NCBI GenBank assembly: GCA_043228905.1
Contig: JBHGNT010000020.1
Coordinates: 8,866,001 to 8,930,000 of the forward strand
DNA length: 64,000 bases
Source: Azolla caroliniana
Lineage: Eukaryota > Plantae > Polypodiophyta
Direction: 5' to 3'
The translations under genes and the position numbers were made by a program. Each line of letters starts with the position of its first letter. The first letter of the stretch is position 1. Below the pieces are notes generated by a model that did no database searches, was not told the DNA's origin, and saw nothing but the letters and a program-made list of their open reading frames with translations. This document shows positions 52,170 to 64,000 of this stretch, in pieces.

Positions 52170-53201
52170 TGTCGTGAAGATCCGTCACTACGCGCGGATC
52201 GTGAGGCGGAACCGCCGGGGTTCTGGACCAGAAGGATTTAGAGTCGATACAAGCTTTGGCGAGAAAGCACTTAAGATAGATTGGGAAAGAGAGAAGATGA
52301 GATTACACAATTGATTTGATAACGAATTTCTTGTTCTTAATTTTCATAAAAAAAACCGTGTTTTTCTCCTCCCCCTTCCCTCTTTTATAGATGCTCTCAT
52401 GCATATGATGCATGTGAGGGTACAAGACATGCATAAATTGCATGTTTGCCATTTGGCGCTTAAGTATTACATGTGGTGCATGCTAACCATGTCACTCATT
52501 TTAGTTCTCATGGATGAGAATTTACATGTAAAAGTACAATGATAGAAATATAATTTCAACTAAATATCATGGCTTAATTGTAAGCCATTTGACTCCTAAC
52601 TTGGAGGTGCAAGGTTCGAATCTATACTTCCCCTCTTTGTATATGTAAATATGTATATATTTTTATATATTTTTATATATGCCGACGCCGACGCCGGATG
52701 CCGTCGTCGGATGCCGACGCCGGATACCGACGCCGGATACCGGTGCCGACGTCGGATACCGGTGCCGCATGCTGCCGCCATATTGCCGTCGGATGCCGTC
52801 GGATCATCGGCTCCATCGCCGGTCCAGTTTTGGTTGGCCAAAACCCTTTTCGAGTAGCTAGCCACCTCCACTCTAAGTTCAAGTTACCTTGAACTCTCTA
52901 TGCTCCACATATAGACACAAAGATAATATCTTTTGCTCCACCTTATATATGATGAGAGCCGTATTTGTCGTGCCTATGTGGGATATCTCACAATTTTCTC
53001 TTTTCTTTTCACAAACTTTATACCCTCATATCTTGACATTTAGTTGTCTATTTCTCGTGTAATAAAGTGCATTCGAAACCTCCATCATTTTGTACTTAGA
53101 TATTAAAAATGTTATATTCACAATTACTGTATTACGTGATTCATACTCGATTTTGTACGTTTTATGGGATTTTCACACCATTGCCGAAAATCTTCACGAC
53201 A
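52170..53201 (-). repeat. 5' LTR of gypsy-2 (about 1.03 kb) with GC-rich sub-repeats at 52681-52810
   Basis: TGTCGTGAAGAT...ATCTTCACGACA; homologous to 9010-10018 and 45924-46346. Confidence 0.95.
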
Positions 53202-54096
53202 ACGTGTGCATTTTATGTGTTTAAGGTCAAGTTAGTCTAGGATTATTGTATTGTTTATACCTCTCCCCCATATGTACATGTCCCCATTTAACTGGTATTC
53301 CTTTGTATATGAAGAATGTGTAAAATTTTGCCTAGAACCTAGGCTAACATATGATGACCTCATACCTAACATATGGGAACTAGTGAAGAATGGTATTAAT
53401 CCCTTCATGAAGCTAGGAAAGCTAATGATAATCTTAATTAAGATGTAATTAATAAAACACATGATCCTAGCCTCTTTCATAGAAAATGTGGCCGATCTAG
53501 CATAAGACTCCAATCTAACATTGGTAATGAACACATAAACATGAGCCTTTCTTGAATGATCAATGATGTGATAATCTAACAACCTAATCAAACGTTTTCA
53601 TTCGATCAAAGATTCTCACCAAGGTGATGATAAAATGAGGTAGTTTGCATATTTATATCTTGAGTCAAAGACCCCTTGATCACCACTTACATGCTTACGT
53701 GTGGCAAACCATGCTAGGTTGTCTGAGACTATAGGGTAGTTATCCTTCTTGATTTATATATTTATTTATGATAGACTATTCCCATTTGGACCTAAAGCTA
53801 TGTCCGTAACAAATAATTATTGAATTCATGCCATGAACTTTGAACCCAAGCTTGAACTTGCCCACAACTAAAAATTGTTTGGTTACCATGTCTTAGATAT
53901 TAAACAATGAATGTCATGGTTTTCCAACAAAAGTTTAAGAAATAGCAAAATTAATTACATTAAGTCAATGTTCTCCTTATAATATTCCTGGTGCATGTGG
54001 GACACAATGACCTCATTATTGACCCCATGTTCTTATATTGAAGGTTCCACTAAATAAGTTTTCTTCTTTGAGAATAAAAAATACTTTTTTCTTTGT

Positions 54097-55552
54097 GCAA
54101 GTACAATCCTAGACACGTCAATGTTAAAGGTTTTTAATTTCTACAAACATTTGAAGTGCTTTAAGAATTACATGAAAAAAAGGATATCATCATTTGGAGT
54201 AGGTAATGTACTATCAATATGTTAAAATGCGTGTGTTTGTATATTAAAAATCTTATAGAAACATTTATGTTAAAATGTGTGTGTATACTTTGGAAATATT
54301 CTATAAACATTTGAAGTACTTGAACAATAGAAGAAACATATATTATCATCAACAATCATGCATGATGTACCATAGATATGTTCTAGGAAAACACTCGAAA
54401 AGTAGGGAATCAACTTTATTGGACCCATTAATCCACTTTCCAATCACAAGTTACAAGTTACGACCATAGATTGACATTTACGTGATATTCGTGGTATATG
54501 CCATGCGTGATATTCGCGAATACAAAATGTCCCCAAGAATATTATAAAACCATTAGTTTTTCAAAATAAATTTACATAATAAAAAATATTTAATTCACTA
54601 AAAAATTAATTAATATACTAATAATTAATTAATTAATTATGCTCACTAATAATTAATTAATTCACTATTAGAATGGTATTCCTTATAAACCAGTATGCTA
54701 TTCCGTGAAGTATCCTCAACAAATTAGGAGGAATTAATTCACTAACAATTAAATAATTAGGGTTTCTACAAAACCCTGAGTTTGTAGGCTGAGAAGAGGA
54801 AATATGGTTGCAATTAGGGTTTTGACTAAAATTTCGGGTTTTCAATTGAAACCCTAATTTTCAGACCGAGAACAAGATACAAGGGAGGTGAGGATGTAGG
54901 AGTCATGTAGGATGGAGGGGGAGGCGTGGATGAGGCATCACGCACACGATGCAGGGGGAGGCGAGGATGTAGTGTAAAAAAAATGCTTTTGTTTTAAAAA
55001 AAAAAACAAAAAAACGAATACTTTTAGAAGCATTCGTATGCGTATTTGTACTATGCATTTGTGGGTCCTTCCCCATGAATGCGAATATGTCAATCTATGA
55101 TCACAAACAAATACCACTACATCAAATGGGTGAACGCAAAAAATGTGCTTTATGTAAGGGCACCCTCTCTCTTCATTAACTTAGTAAAACAAACACTCTC
55201 TCACTAGAGCTATAGAAGCTCATGAGTCATGGGGAATGTGGAAACTCATTAGTTATGTGTAATAGAATATGACTCTATGACACATAATTAATGTGTAGAA
55301 AGTAGTGTTGACTTTTGACCTTTGAATGTTCATACATTCTCAAGACACCATTACATACAGCGGTCCATTGAAATGGGTTTCAATGGACGACTACCGAGTA
55401 GGATGCTTATGATTCATTAAAACAAATGTTGTCTAAAGTAACGGTTGTTCAACCACCGGATTAGACCAAAGACTTTCATGTCTTTATCGATGCATCGGAT
55501 ATAACAATTGGGAGTGCATTAATGCAATTATTAGAAACCAATTTGTATTGAT
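54097..55552. repeat. AT-rich spacer duplicated at 58186-59639
   Basis: Direct near-identity (offset about 4089). Confidence 0.9.
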
Positions 55553-57590
55553 TGACGGGAACTGGTTGTTCCTTATGCGCAACGCTCGGCCACAACCGAG
55601 CTTAGAATGATACACAGAAAACGGGAAATAAAACGCGATACAAAGAAGAGACGAGGTACACAGGAGGTTTACGTGGAAAACCCCAAACTAGGGGGAAAAA
55701 AACCACGGCAGCCCACAGGCTACAAACTATAACTATGATGGAATGTACAACCATGAGTTCACTGAGGCAACGACCTCGTGCTCACAGATCTTCGCCACAG
55801 GCAGCGGTTACAACAGAGGCAACGACCTCTTTCTCTCTCTCTCTCTCTCTCTGTGTACAGTTACACACACTCTCTATTCTTGCACCAACAAGAATGACAA
55901 CAACAACAACAACAGCAATAATAAGAGTTACTAAAAGTTTGCCCTAAGTCATATTTATACTAATATGACTTTTCGGCTATTTACAAATGTAGCCGCGATG
56001 GACTATCAAAAAACATATTTACTAATATGTCTCTTCATCCGGTTCTCCGTAACCGGGTACTCCTCATCCGGTCTTCACCGGGTCTGCATCATCCGGCTCT
56101 CCCTAGCCGGGTACTCCTCATCCGGTTTATACCGGGTCTGCACCATCCGGCCCTCCGTAGCCGGGTACTCCTCATCCGGTCTTCACCGGGTCTGCATCAT
56201 CCGGTTCTCCGTAGCCGGGTACTCCTCATCCGGTCTCCCTTCCCATCCGGAGTTTGTTCATCGGCACTGTTCTTCTCCCTTCCCATCCGGAGGGACCTGT
56301 CTCCCAACAAACTCCCCCTTCACTCCGGCATGGGGTGTCTTAGTAGTCCGATTCTCTTCCGGCATGCATCCAGCTTGTTGGGTATCAGCACTTTGGTCAG
56401 CATATCTGACCCGTTCTCGGCCGTGTGGATCTTCATCAACGCGAACTCCTGGTCATCTACTCTTTCCCGGATCCAGTGATATCTTCGCTGGATATGCTTC
56501 GTCCGAGAATGGTAGGCCGCATTCTTAGCAAGGTGGATGGCACTTTGATTGTCGCAATAGAGTCGGTATTCCTCTTACCGGATACCGAGCTCTCGGATGA
56601 AGTCCTTCATCCATAATATTTCCTTGCCGGCTTCCACTGCCGCCATGTACTCCGCCTCTGTGGTTGACAATGCAACCATCTTCTACAGCCTTGACTACCA
56701 CAAAACGGCTCCCCCTGCATATGTCATTACATACTCGGAAGTAGACCGGCTGGTATCCACATCAGCCGACATGTCTGAATCGGTGAAACCGTCAAGTTGA
56801 GGTATTCCGGAGCCGAATCGGAGACACATATTTGAAGTGCCCTTCAAATATCGGAGTATCCATTTGACCGCGTTCTAGTGCTCCTTGCCGGGATTGCTCA
56901 TAAACCGGCTCACCACTCCGACTGCGTATCCTATGTCCGGTCCGGTACAAACCATTGCGTACATCAAGCTCCCGACGGCAGAGGCATATGGAATCTTCAT
57001 CATATCCGCCTTCTCTGCTTTCGTCTTCGGGCTTTGCTTACCGGATAGCTTGGAGTTTGCCTGAAGTGTCGATCCGACCGGTTTTGCTTTTGACATGTTG
57101 AATCGGTGAAGCACCTTTGTCACGTACTTCTCCTGCGACAGCCATAATTGCTTCTTTGATCGGTCCTGAATGATATGCATCCCAACATCTGTCTTGCCAG
57201 ACCCAAGTCTTTCATTGAGAAGGTCCGGTTGAGAGCCTTCTTCAGCATCCGTATTTTGACTTGGTCACGTCCGACGATCAACATGTCATCCACGTACAGA
57301 AGGAGTAACAGGAAGTCGCCTCCTTCGAACTTCTTCACAAACACGCAGTGATCGGCCTGCGTCTTGTGGTACCCTTGAGCGGTCATGAAGGAGTCGAACT
57401 TCCGGTACCATTGACGGGGAGCCTGCTTCAGTCCGTACAGGCTCTTCTTCAACCGGGATACCAGGTGCTCCTTCCCTTTCTCCACGAATCCTTCTGGTTG
57501 CTGCATGTAGATCTCCTCTTCAAGGTCGCCGTGAAGGAATGCCGTCTTCACGTCCAACTGCTCTACCTCGAGGTCCATGCTTGCTGCTAT
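55553..57590 (-). mobile_element. Ty1/copia copy C: 3' LTR 55553-56309, PPT and RNaseH/RT part, truncated
   Basis: LTR ends, PPT AACTCCCCCTTC, RT LYVDD; breaks at 57590. Confidence 0.93.
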
Positions 57591-59764
57591 ACAACAATCG
57601 GCAACAAGAATAATATTGACATGACCACAAGAAGTGTGACAAGAAAACCCGGCAACAACTGACAACTGAGGAAGCAAGGGCTCAACAACAACCACCCACT
57701 AATCAAGAACGAATCCCTACTACGCAATAAGAATGAAGTAGAACACAAGAGGAAAATACGACATCCTCACCACCCCATTCTAAAGAAAGGAGTTGGTTAG
57801 CTTCGCAACAAGCCGACAGAGAACAACAAAACTAGGAAACAAGCCGACCGACAAAAAAGAATTGTTTTGGAAAGAAGCAGTCGACCGGCCAAGAGCAACA
57901 AGGAGAAGGAACAACAACCAATGTCGAATCAATCGACTATGTTGAGAGGGGCACTATGGATAAAGGCAAAGCATTGGAAATATCCCCAAATGAAGTATTA
58001 GCTATACCCGACATACCACCACCAAGTCATGAAATAACGACCATATTATGATTTGGCACATCTTACGAGCTTGTGGATTGGTTAACTAAACACTTGCAGT
58101 TCACTTCGTATCAATTGGCGCAGGAACACAAGGACCGGGAAATGATCCAATGCGCACTATTAGGCGAAACGGAGCCTAAGGACGAGCAAGTACAATCCTA
58201 GACATGTCAATGTTAAAGGTTTTTAATTTCTATAAACATTTGAAGTGCTTTAAGAATTACATGAAAAGAAGGATATCATCATTTGGAGTATGTAATGTAC
58301 CATCAATATGTTAAAATGCATGTGTTTGTATATTAAAAATCTTATAGAAACATTTATGTTAAAATGTGTGTGTATACTTTGGAAATATTCTATAAACATT
58401 TGAAGTACTTGAACAATAGAAGAAACATATATTATCATCAACAATCATGCATGATGTACCATAGATATGTTCTAGGAAAACACTCGAAAAGTAGGGAATC
58501 AACTTTATTGGACCCATTAATCCACCTTCCAATCACAAGTTACAAGTTACGACCATAGGTTGACATGTACGTGATATTCGTGGTATATGCCATGCGTGAT
58601 ATTCGCGAATACAAAATGTCCCCAAGAATATTATAAAACCATTAGTTTTTCAAAATAAATTTACATAATAAAAAATATTTAATTCACTAAAAAATTAATT
58701 AATATACTAATAATTAATTAATTCATTATGCTCACTAATAATTAATTAATTCACTATTAGAATGGTATTCCTTATAAACCAGTATGTTATTCCGTGAAGT
58801 ATCCTCAACAAATTAGGAGGAATTAATTCACTAACAATTAAATAATTAGGGTTTCTACAAAACCCTGAGTTTGTAGGCTGAGAAGAGGAAATATGGTTGC
58901 AATTAGGGTTTTGACTAAATTTCGGGTTTTCAGTTGAAACCCTAATTTTCAGACCGAGAACAAGATACAAGGGAGGTGAGGATGTAGGCATCATTTTGGA
59001 TGGAGGGGGAGGCGTGGATGAGGCATCACGCACACGATGCAGGGGGAGGCGAGGATGTAGTGTAAAAAAAATGATTTTGTTTTTAAAAAAAAAACAAAAA
59101 ACGAATACTTTTAGAAGCATTCGTATGCGTATTTGTACTATGCATTTGTGGGGTCTTCCCCATGAATGCGAATATGTCAATCTATGATCACAAACAAATA
59201 CCACTACATCAAATGGGTGAACGCAAAAAATGTGCTTTATATAAGGCCACCCTCTCTCTTCATTAACTTACTAAAACAAACACTCTCTCACTAGAGCTAT
59301 AGAAGCTCATGGGTCATGGGGAATGTGGAAACTCATTAGTTATGTGTAATAGAATATGATTCTATGACACATAATTAATGTGTAGAAAGTAGTGGTGACT
59401 TTTGACCTTTGAATGTTCATACATTCTCAAGACACCATTACATACAGCGGTCCATTGAAATGGGTTTCAATGGACGACTACCGAGTAGGATGCTTATGAT
59501 TCATTAAAACAAATGTTGTCTAAAGTAACGGTTGTTCAACCATCGGATTGGACCAAAGACTTTCATGTCTTTATCGATGCGTCGGATATAACAATTGGGA
59601 GTGCATTAATGCAATTATGAGAAACCAATTTGTATTGATTGACGGGAACTGGTCGTTCCTTATGCGCAACGCTCGGCCACAACCGAGCTTAGAATGATAC
59701 ACAGAAAACGGGAAATAAAACGCGACACAAAAAAGAGACGAGGTACAAAGGAGGTTTACGTGGA

Positions 59765-59806
59765 AAACCCTAAACCCTAAACCCTAAACCCTAAACCCTA
59801 AACCCT
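59765..59806. repeat. Interstitial plant telomere repeat (AAACCCT)6 inside a copia LTR
   Basis: Six perfect units; absent from the homologous LTRs at about 45800 and 55680. Confidence 0.95.
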
Positions 59807-60404
59807 ACAAACTATCACTATGATGGAATGTACAACCATGAGTTCACTGAGGCACCGACCTCGTGCTCATAGATCATCGCCACAGGCGGCGGTTACAACA
59901 GAGGCAACGACCTCTTTCTCTCTCTCTCTCTCTCTCTGTGTACAGTTACACACACTCTCTATTCTTGCACCAACAAGAATGACAACAACAACAACAACAG
60001 CAATAATAAGAGTTACTAAAAGTTTGCCCTAAGTCATATTTATACTAATATGACTTTTCGGCTATTTACAAATGTAGCCGCGATGGACTATCAGAAAACA
60101 TATTTACTAATATGTCTCTTCATCCGGTTCTCCGTAACCGGGTACTCCTCATCCGGTCTTCACCGGGTCTGCATCATCCGGCTCTCCATAGCCGGGTACT
60201 CCTCATCCGGTTTATACCGGGTCTGCACCATCCGGCCCTCCGTAGCCGGGTACTCCTCATCCGGTCTTCACCAGGTCTGCATCATCCGGTTCTCCGTAGC
60301 CGGGTACTCCTCATCCGGTCTCCCTTCCCATCCGGAGTTTGTTCATCGGCACTGTTCTTCTCCCTTCCCATCCGGAGGGACCTGTCTCCCAACAAACTCC
60401 CCCT

Positions 60405-61907
60405 TCACTCCGGCATGGGGTGTCTTACTAGTCCGATTCTCTTTCGGCATGCATCCAGCTTGTCGGGTATCAGCACTTTGGTCAGCATATCTGACTCGTT
60501 CTCGGTTGTGTGGATCTTCATCAGCGCGAACTCCTGGTCATCTACTCTTTCCCGGATCCAGTGATATCTTCGCTGGATATGCTTCGTCCGAGAATGGTAG
60601 GCCGCATTCTTAGCAAGGTGGATGACACTTTGACTGTCGCAATAGAGTCGGTATTCCTCTTGCCGGATACCGAGCTCTCCGATGAAGTCCTTCATCCATA
60701 ATATTTCCTTGCCGGCTTCCACAACCGCCATGTACTCCGCCTCTGTGGTTGACAATGCAACCATCTTCTGCAGCCTCGACTGCCACGAAACGGCTCCCCC
60801 TGCATATGTGATTACATACCCGGAAGTAGACCGGCTGGTATCCACATCAGCCGACATGTCTGAATCGGTGAAACCGTCAAGTTGAGGTTTTCTGGAGCCG
60901 AATCGGAGACACATAATTGAAGTGCCCTTCAAATATCGGAGTATCCATTTGACCGCGTTCCAATGCTCCCTGCCAGGATTGCTCATAAACCGGCTCACCA
61001 CTCCGATTTTGTATCCTATGTCCGGTCGGGTACAAACCATTGCGTACATCAAGCTCCCGACGGCAGAGGCATATGGAATCTTCATCATATCCGCCTTCTC
61101 TGCTTTCGTCTTCGGGCTTTGCTTACCGGATAGCTTGCAGTTTGCCGAAAGTGTCGATCCGACCGGTTTTGCTTCTGACATGTTGAACCGGTGAAGCACC
61201 TTTGTCACGTACTTCTCCTGTGACAGCCATAATTGCTTCTTTGACCGGTTCCGAATGATATGCATCCCCAACATCTGTCTTGCCGGACCCAAGTCTTTCA
61301 TTGAGAAGGTCCGGTTGAGAGCCTTCTTCAGCATCCGTATTTTGACTTGGTCACGTCCGACGATCAACATGTCATCCACGTACAGAAGGAGTAACAAGAA
61401 GTCGCCTCCTTCGAACTTCTTCACAAACACGTAGTGATCGGCCTGCATCTTGTGGTACCCTTGATCGGTCATGAACTTCCGGTACCATTGACAGGGAGCC
61501 TGCTTCAGTCCGTACAGGCTCTTCTTCAACGGGCATACCAGGTGCTCCTTCCCTTTCTCCACGAATCCTTCCGGTTGTTGCATATAGATCTCCTCTTCGA
61601 GGTCGCCATGAAGGAATGTCGTCTTCACGTCCAGCTGCTCTACCTCGAGGTCCATGCTTGCTGCTATACTCAGCACCGTCCGGATGGAGGTCATCTTTAC
61701 TACCGGGGCAAATATCTCGTCGAAGTCCACGCCCTTCTTCTGCTGGAACCCCTTCACCACGATCCTGGCTTTGTATCTCGGGGGGTTTCCGGCATCTCCG
61801 GGTTTCAACTTGTACACCCACTTGTTTCGGAGTGCCCGCTTTCCTTTCGACAGCTCCACCAATTTGTACGTATGGTTCTCATGCAAGGAATCCATCTCGT
61901 CCTGCAT
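60405..61907 (-). CDS. Copia RT-RNaseH open segment (500 aa, part of a broken polyprotein)
   Basis: RYKARIVVKGF, LKKSLYGLKQA, LYVDD, SWQSRLQ..VALSTTEAEY. Confidence 0.85.
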   Translation of the reverse strand: MQDEMDSLHENHTYKLVELSKGKRALRNKWVYKLKPGDAGNPPRYKARIVVKGFQQKKGVDFDEIFAPVVKMTSIRTVLSIAASMDLEVEQLDVKTTFLHGDLEEEIYMQQPEGFVEKGKEHLVCPLKKSLYGLKQAPCQWYRKFMTDQGYHKMQADHYVFVKKFEGGDFLLLLLYVDDMLIVGRDQVKIRMLKKALNRTFSMKDLGPARQMLGMHIIRNRSKKQLWLSQEKYVTKVLHRFNMSEAKPVGSTLSANCKLSGKQSPKTKAEKADMMKIPYASAVGSLMYAMVCTRPDIGYKIGVVSRFMSNPGREHWNAVKWILRYLKGTSIMCLRFGSRKPQLDGFTDSDMSADVDTSRSTSGYVITYAGGAVSWQSRLQKMVALSTTEAEYMAVVEAGKEILWMKDFIGELGIRQEEYRLYCDSQSVIHLAKNAAYHSRTKHIQRRYHWIRERVDDQEFALMKIHTTENESDMLTKVLIPDKLDACRKRIGLVRHPMPE

Positions 61908-64000
61908 GGCACTTAACCATTTTCTGCTGTGGGTGTCATCCTCCGCTTCTTTGAAGCTTTCCGGCTGCCCCTCATCGGTCAGCAGAACATGCTTTGCATC
62001 CGGAAATCTCCGGGGGGCCCTTCTCTCTTTGAGAGGATATCTCCGTCTTGGGCTTCGGTAGCCGGCTCCTCCATTTTCTCTTCATCCGAATCCGATTCGG
62101 GGTCTTGGCCGGTTCCGGTTTCAGCTTCCTCTACTTCTTCTTCTGCCGGTTCGGTATCCTCACCGTAACCGGCTGGTTCCTCGAGTGCTAACCGGTCTCT
62201 TGCCGGTTGGGTCTACTCATTGTAGAGTCTATCCTTACCGGTCGACTCGGAGTTCATTATCTTCTTCTCCAACTCCCAGTCGGCGAGCGTCTTGTCCTTC
62301 ATGAAGATAATATCTCGACTCCGGAATACCTTCTTGTCGACCAGGTCCCACACTCGGTAGCCGAACTCATCGTCACCGTAACCGAGGAATATGCATGGCC
62401 GGGTCTTTGGATCTAACTTTCCTCTCCGGTCCTTAGCTACATGCACGTACACGAGACACCCGAAAACCTTTAGATGTCGGTAGGATACTTCCTTACCGGT
62501 CCACACTCTCTGTGGCGTGTCTCCGTCCAAGGGTACTGAGGGTGATCTATTTATCACATATGTCGCCGTCGACAGTGCCTCAGCCCAAAAATTCTTGGGT
62601 AGTTTTGCATGCGCTAGCATACTCCGGACCCTCTCCATTATGGTCCGGTTCATCCTCTCGGCCAGTCCGTTTAGTTCCGACGTCTTTGGCACGGTAAATT
62701 CGAGCCGGATCCCCTTCGAGCGGCAGTACTCCTCAAACTGACCCCGGTATTCTCCTCCGTTGTCTGCTCGTACCGCCTTCAGCTTCCGACCGGTTTCTCT
62801 TTCCACTCTGGCGTGGAGCACTTTGACGACGTATAACACCTGATCCTTCTTCTTCAACGGTGTGGCCCACAGCTTCCGTCTGTTGTTATCTATGAACGTC
62901 ACGAAGTATTGCGCTCCGGCATGTGACATCGTGTCTACTTGACACACATCCGTATGCACCAACTCTAGTGGTGCATTACGTCTCATCGGTGGCCTTGGTC
63001 GGAAGGAGGTCCGGTTCTGCTTACCGGCTAGACAATCAGTGCACTTCTCTAAGTGCACGTTCTTCACTGGAATGAGGTTGTCGTTTGCAAGCCTCTTCAT
63101 CCCCTTCTCGCTCATATGACACAGCCTCTTGTGCTACAGCTCACCGGCAGTGTCAGATGCCACGTTCACTTCTTCCGGACATAAACGGGTATTCATCAGG
63201 TACAATGTGTTTACCTTCCGGGCCCGAGCCACAATCAAGCTCCCTCTGTTGAACTTCATGACACCGTTCCGGATGCTACCCGTGTAGCCTTCATCATCTA
63301 GCCGACCGGCTGATATCAGGTTCAGTCGAACCTCCGGAACGTGTCGGACATCCTTCAGCAGCAACTTGCATCCGGTTGGTGTTGACAGCCACACGTCTCC
63401 TATGCCGACAATTCGACATGTACCTTCATTCCCAATCCGGACATAGCCGTGGTCACCGGCTGAGTAGGATGAGAAGCATTTCCGGTCCGGGGTAAGGTGG
63501 AACGATGCTCCGGAGTCTACCACCCAGGTCATCTCGTCGCCAACAAGGTTTATCTCACTCTCCTCGGTGATGAGCATCAACTCTTCTTCACTTGCCGCGA
63601 TTGCCGTCGTTCCCTTCCGGTCCGGCCCCCTCCGGTCTTTACCGTTCCGGTCCGGGGTCCGCTTCGAATCGGTACCGTTGGTTTCCTTGTCTTTTCGGAA
63701 ATGCCGACAGTTCTTTTGGAAGTGTCCCGACTTGCCGCAATAGAAGCAAGTAGGCTTCCCCCTTGACTTTGACCGTGTCCCCGACTTCTCCCGGTTCTGG
63801 GGACTACGGTTTCGATGTCTTCCGCGTTCCGATTCGGTAAGGAGCATTTTGGAGTCGGAGCTCGTATCTTTATCTTTTCGACGCGCCTCCTCATCTAGCA
63901 AGCTCGACTTTACTCTTGCTAGGGATAACCGTTTTCCTTCCGGCCCGGCGTTGCCCAAAGTGACAACCAACGTCTCCCAGCTATCCGGGAGGGAACAGAG

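Larger units (their letters stand above)
45924..53201 (-). mobile_element. Ty3/gypsy family 2, near full length (5' LTR 52170-53201; 3' LTR truncated to 45924-46346)
   Basis: Matching LTRs, PPT 46347-46358 (GGTGGGGGTGGA), PBS, gag-PR and RT-RH-IN; ACGT flank at 53202-53205. Confidence 0.95.
59640..64000 (-). mobile_element. Ty1/copia copy D: 3' LTR 59640-60394 plus pol and part of gag, running off the right edge
   Basis: RT-RH ORF 60405-61907, IN 62213-63115 and gag/PR 63134-63970, with frameshift and stop. Confidence 0.95.

Noticed and set aside
57120-57695. ORF with a novel N-terminus fused to RT
   Set aside because: Spans the 57590 junction; the N-terminus is the antisense of the accessory-ORF remnant.

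Overview
Land-plant genomic DNA (probably a fern or other non-seed plant; inferred from the PPR and retroelement types, with TTTAGGG-type repeats present). It holds one apparently intact host gene, a JAR1-like (group I) GH3 acyl-acid amido synthetase at 40488-42737 (minus strand, one intron). The rest is a nested mosaic built from about ten modules: a Tnt1/Tork-like Ty1/copia family (two original insertion sites, several duplicated copies), two Ty3/gypsy families, a MULE transposase element with captured PPR pieces, LINE RT fragments, an old copia remnant and low-copy spacer DNA. These modules recur 2-5 times and are re-joined at many microhomology or templated-filler junctions. Highlights: (i) a complete -1 ribosomal frameshift signal (GGAUUUU-UAG + 5-nt spacer + stem/pseudoknot) between protease and RT in a tRNA-Trp-primed gypsy whose two insertions here both sit at ACGT; (ii) a (AAACCCT)6 telomere patch replacing 36 bp of one copia LTR copy; (iii) an LTR-less gypsy internal region sitting inside a copia LTR; (iv) a long extra ORF after gypsy pol with a diverged homologue elsewhere in the window; (v) recurrence of the window start about 60.4 kb later, suggesting an amplified GH3 locus.
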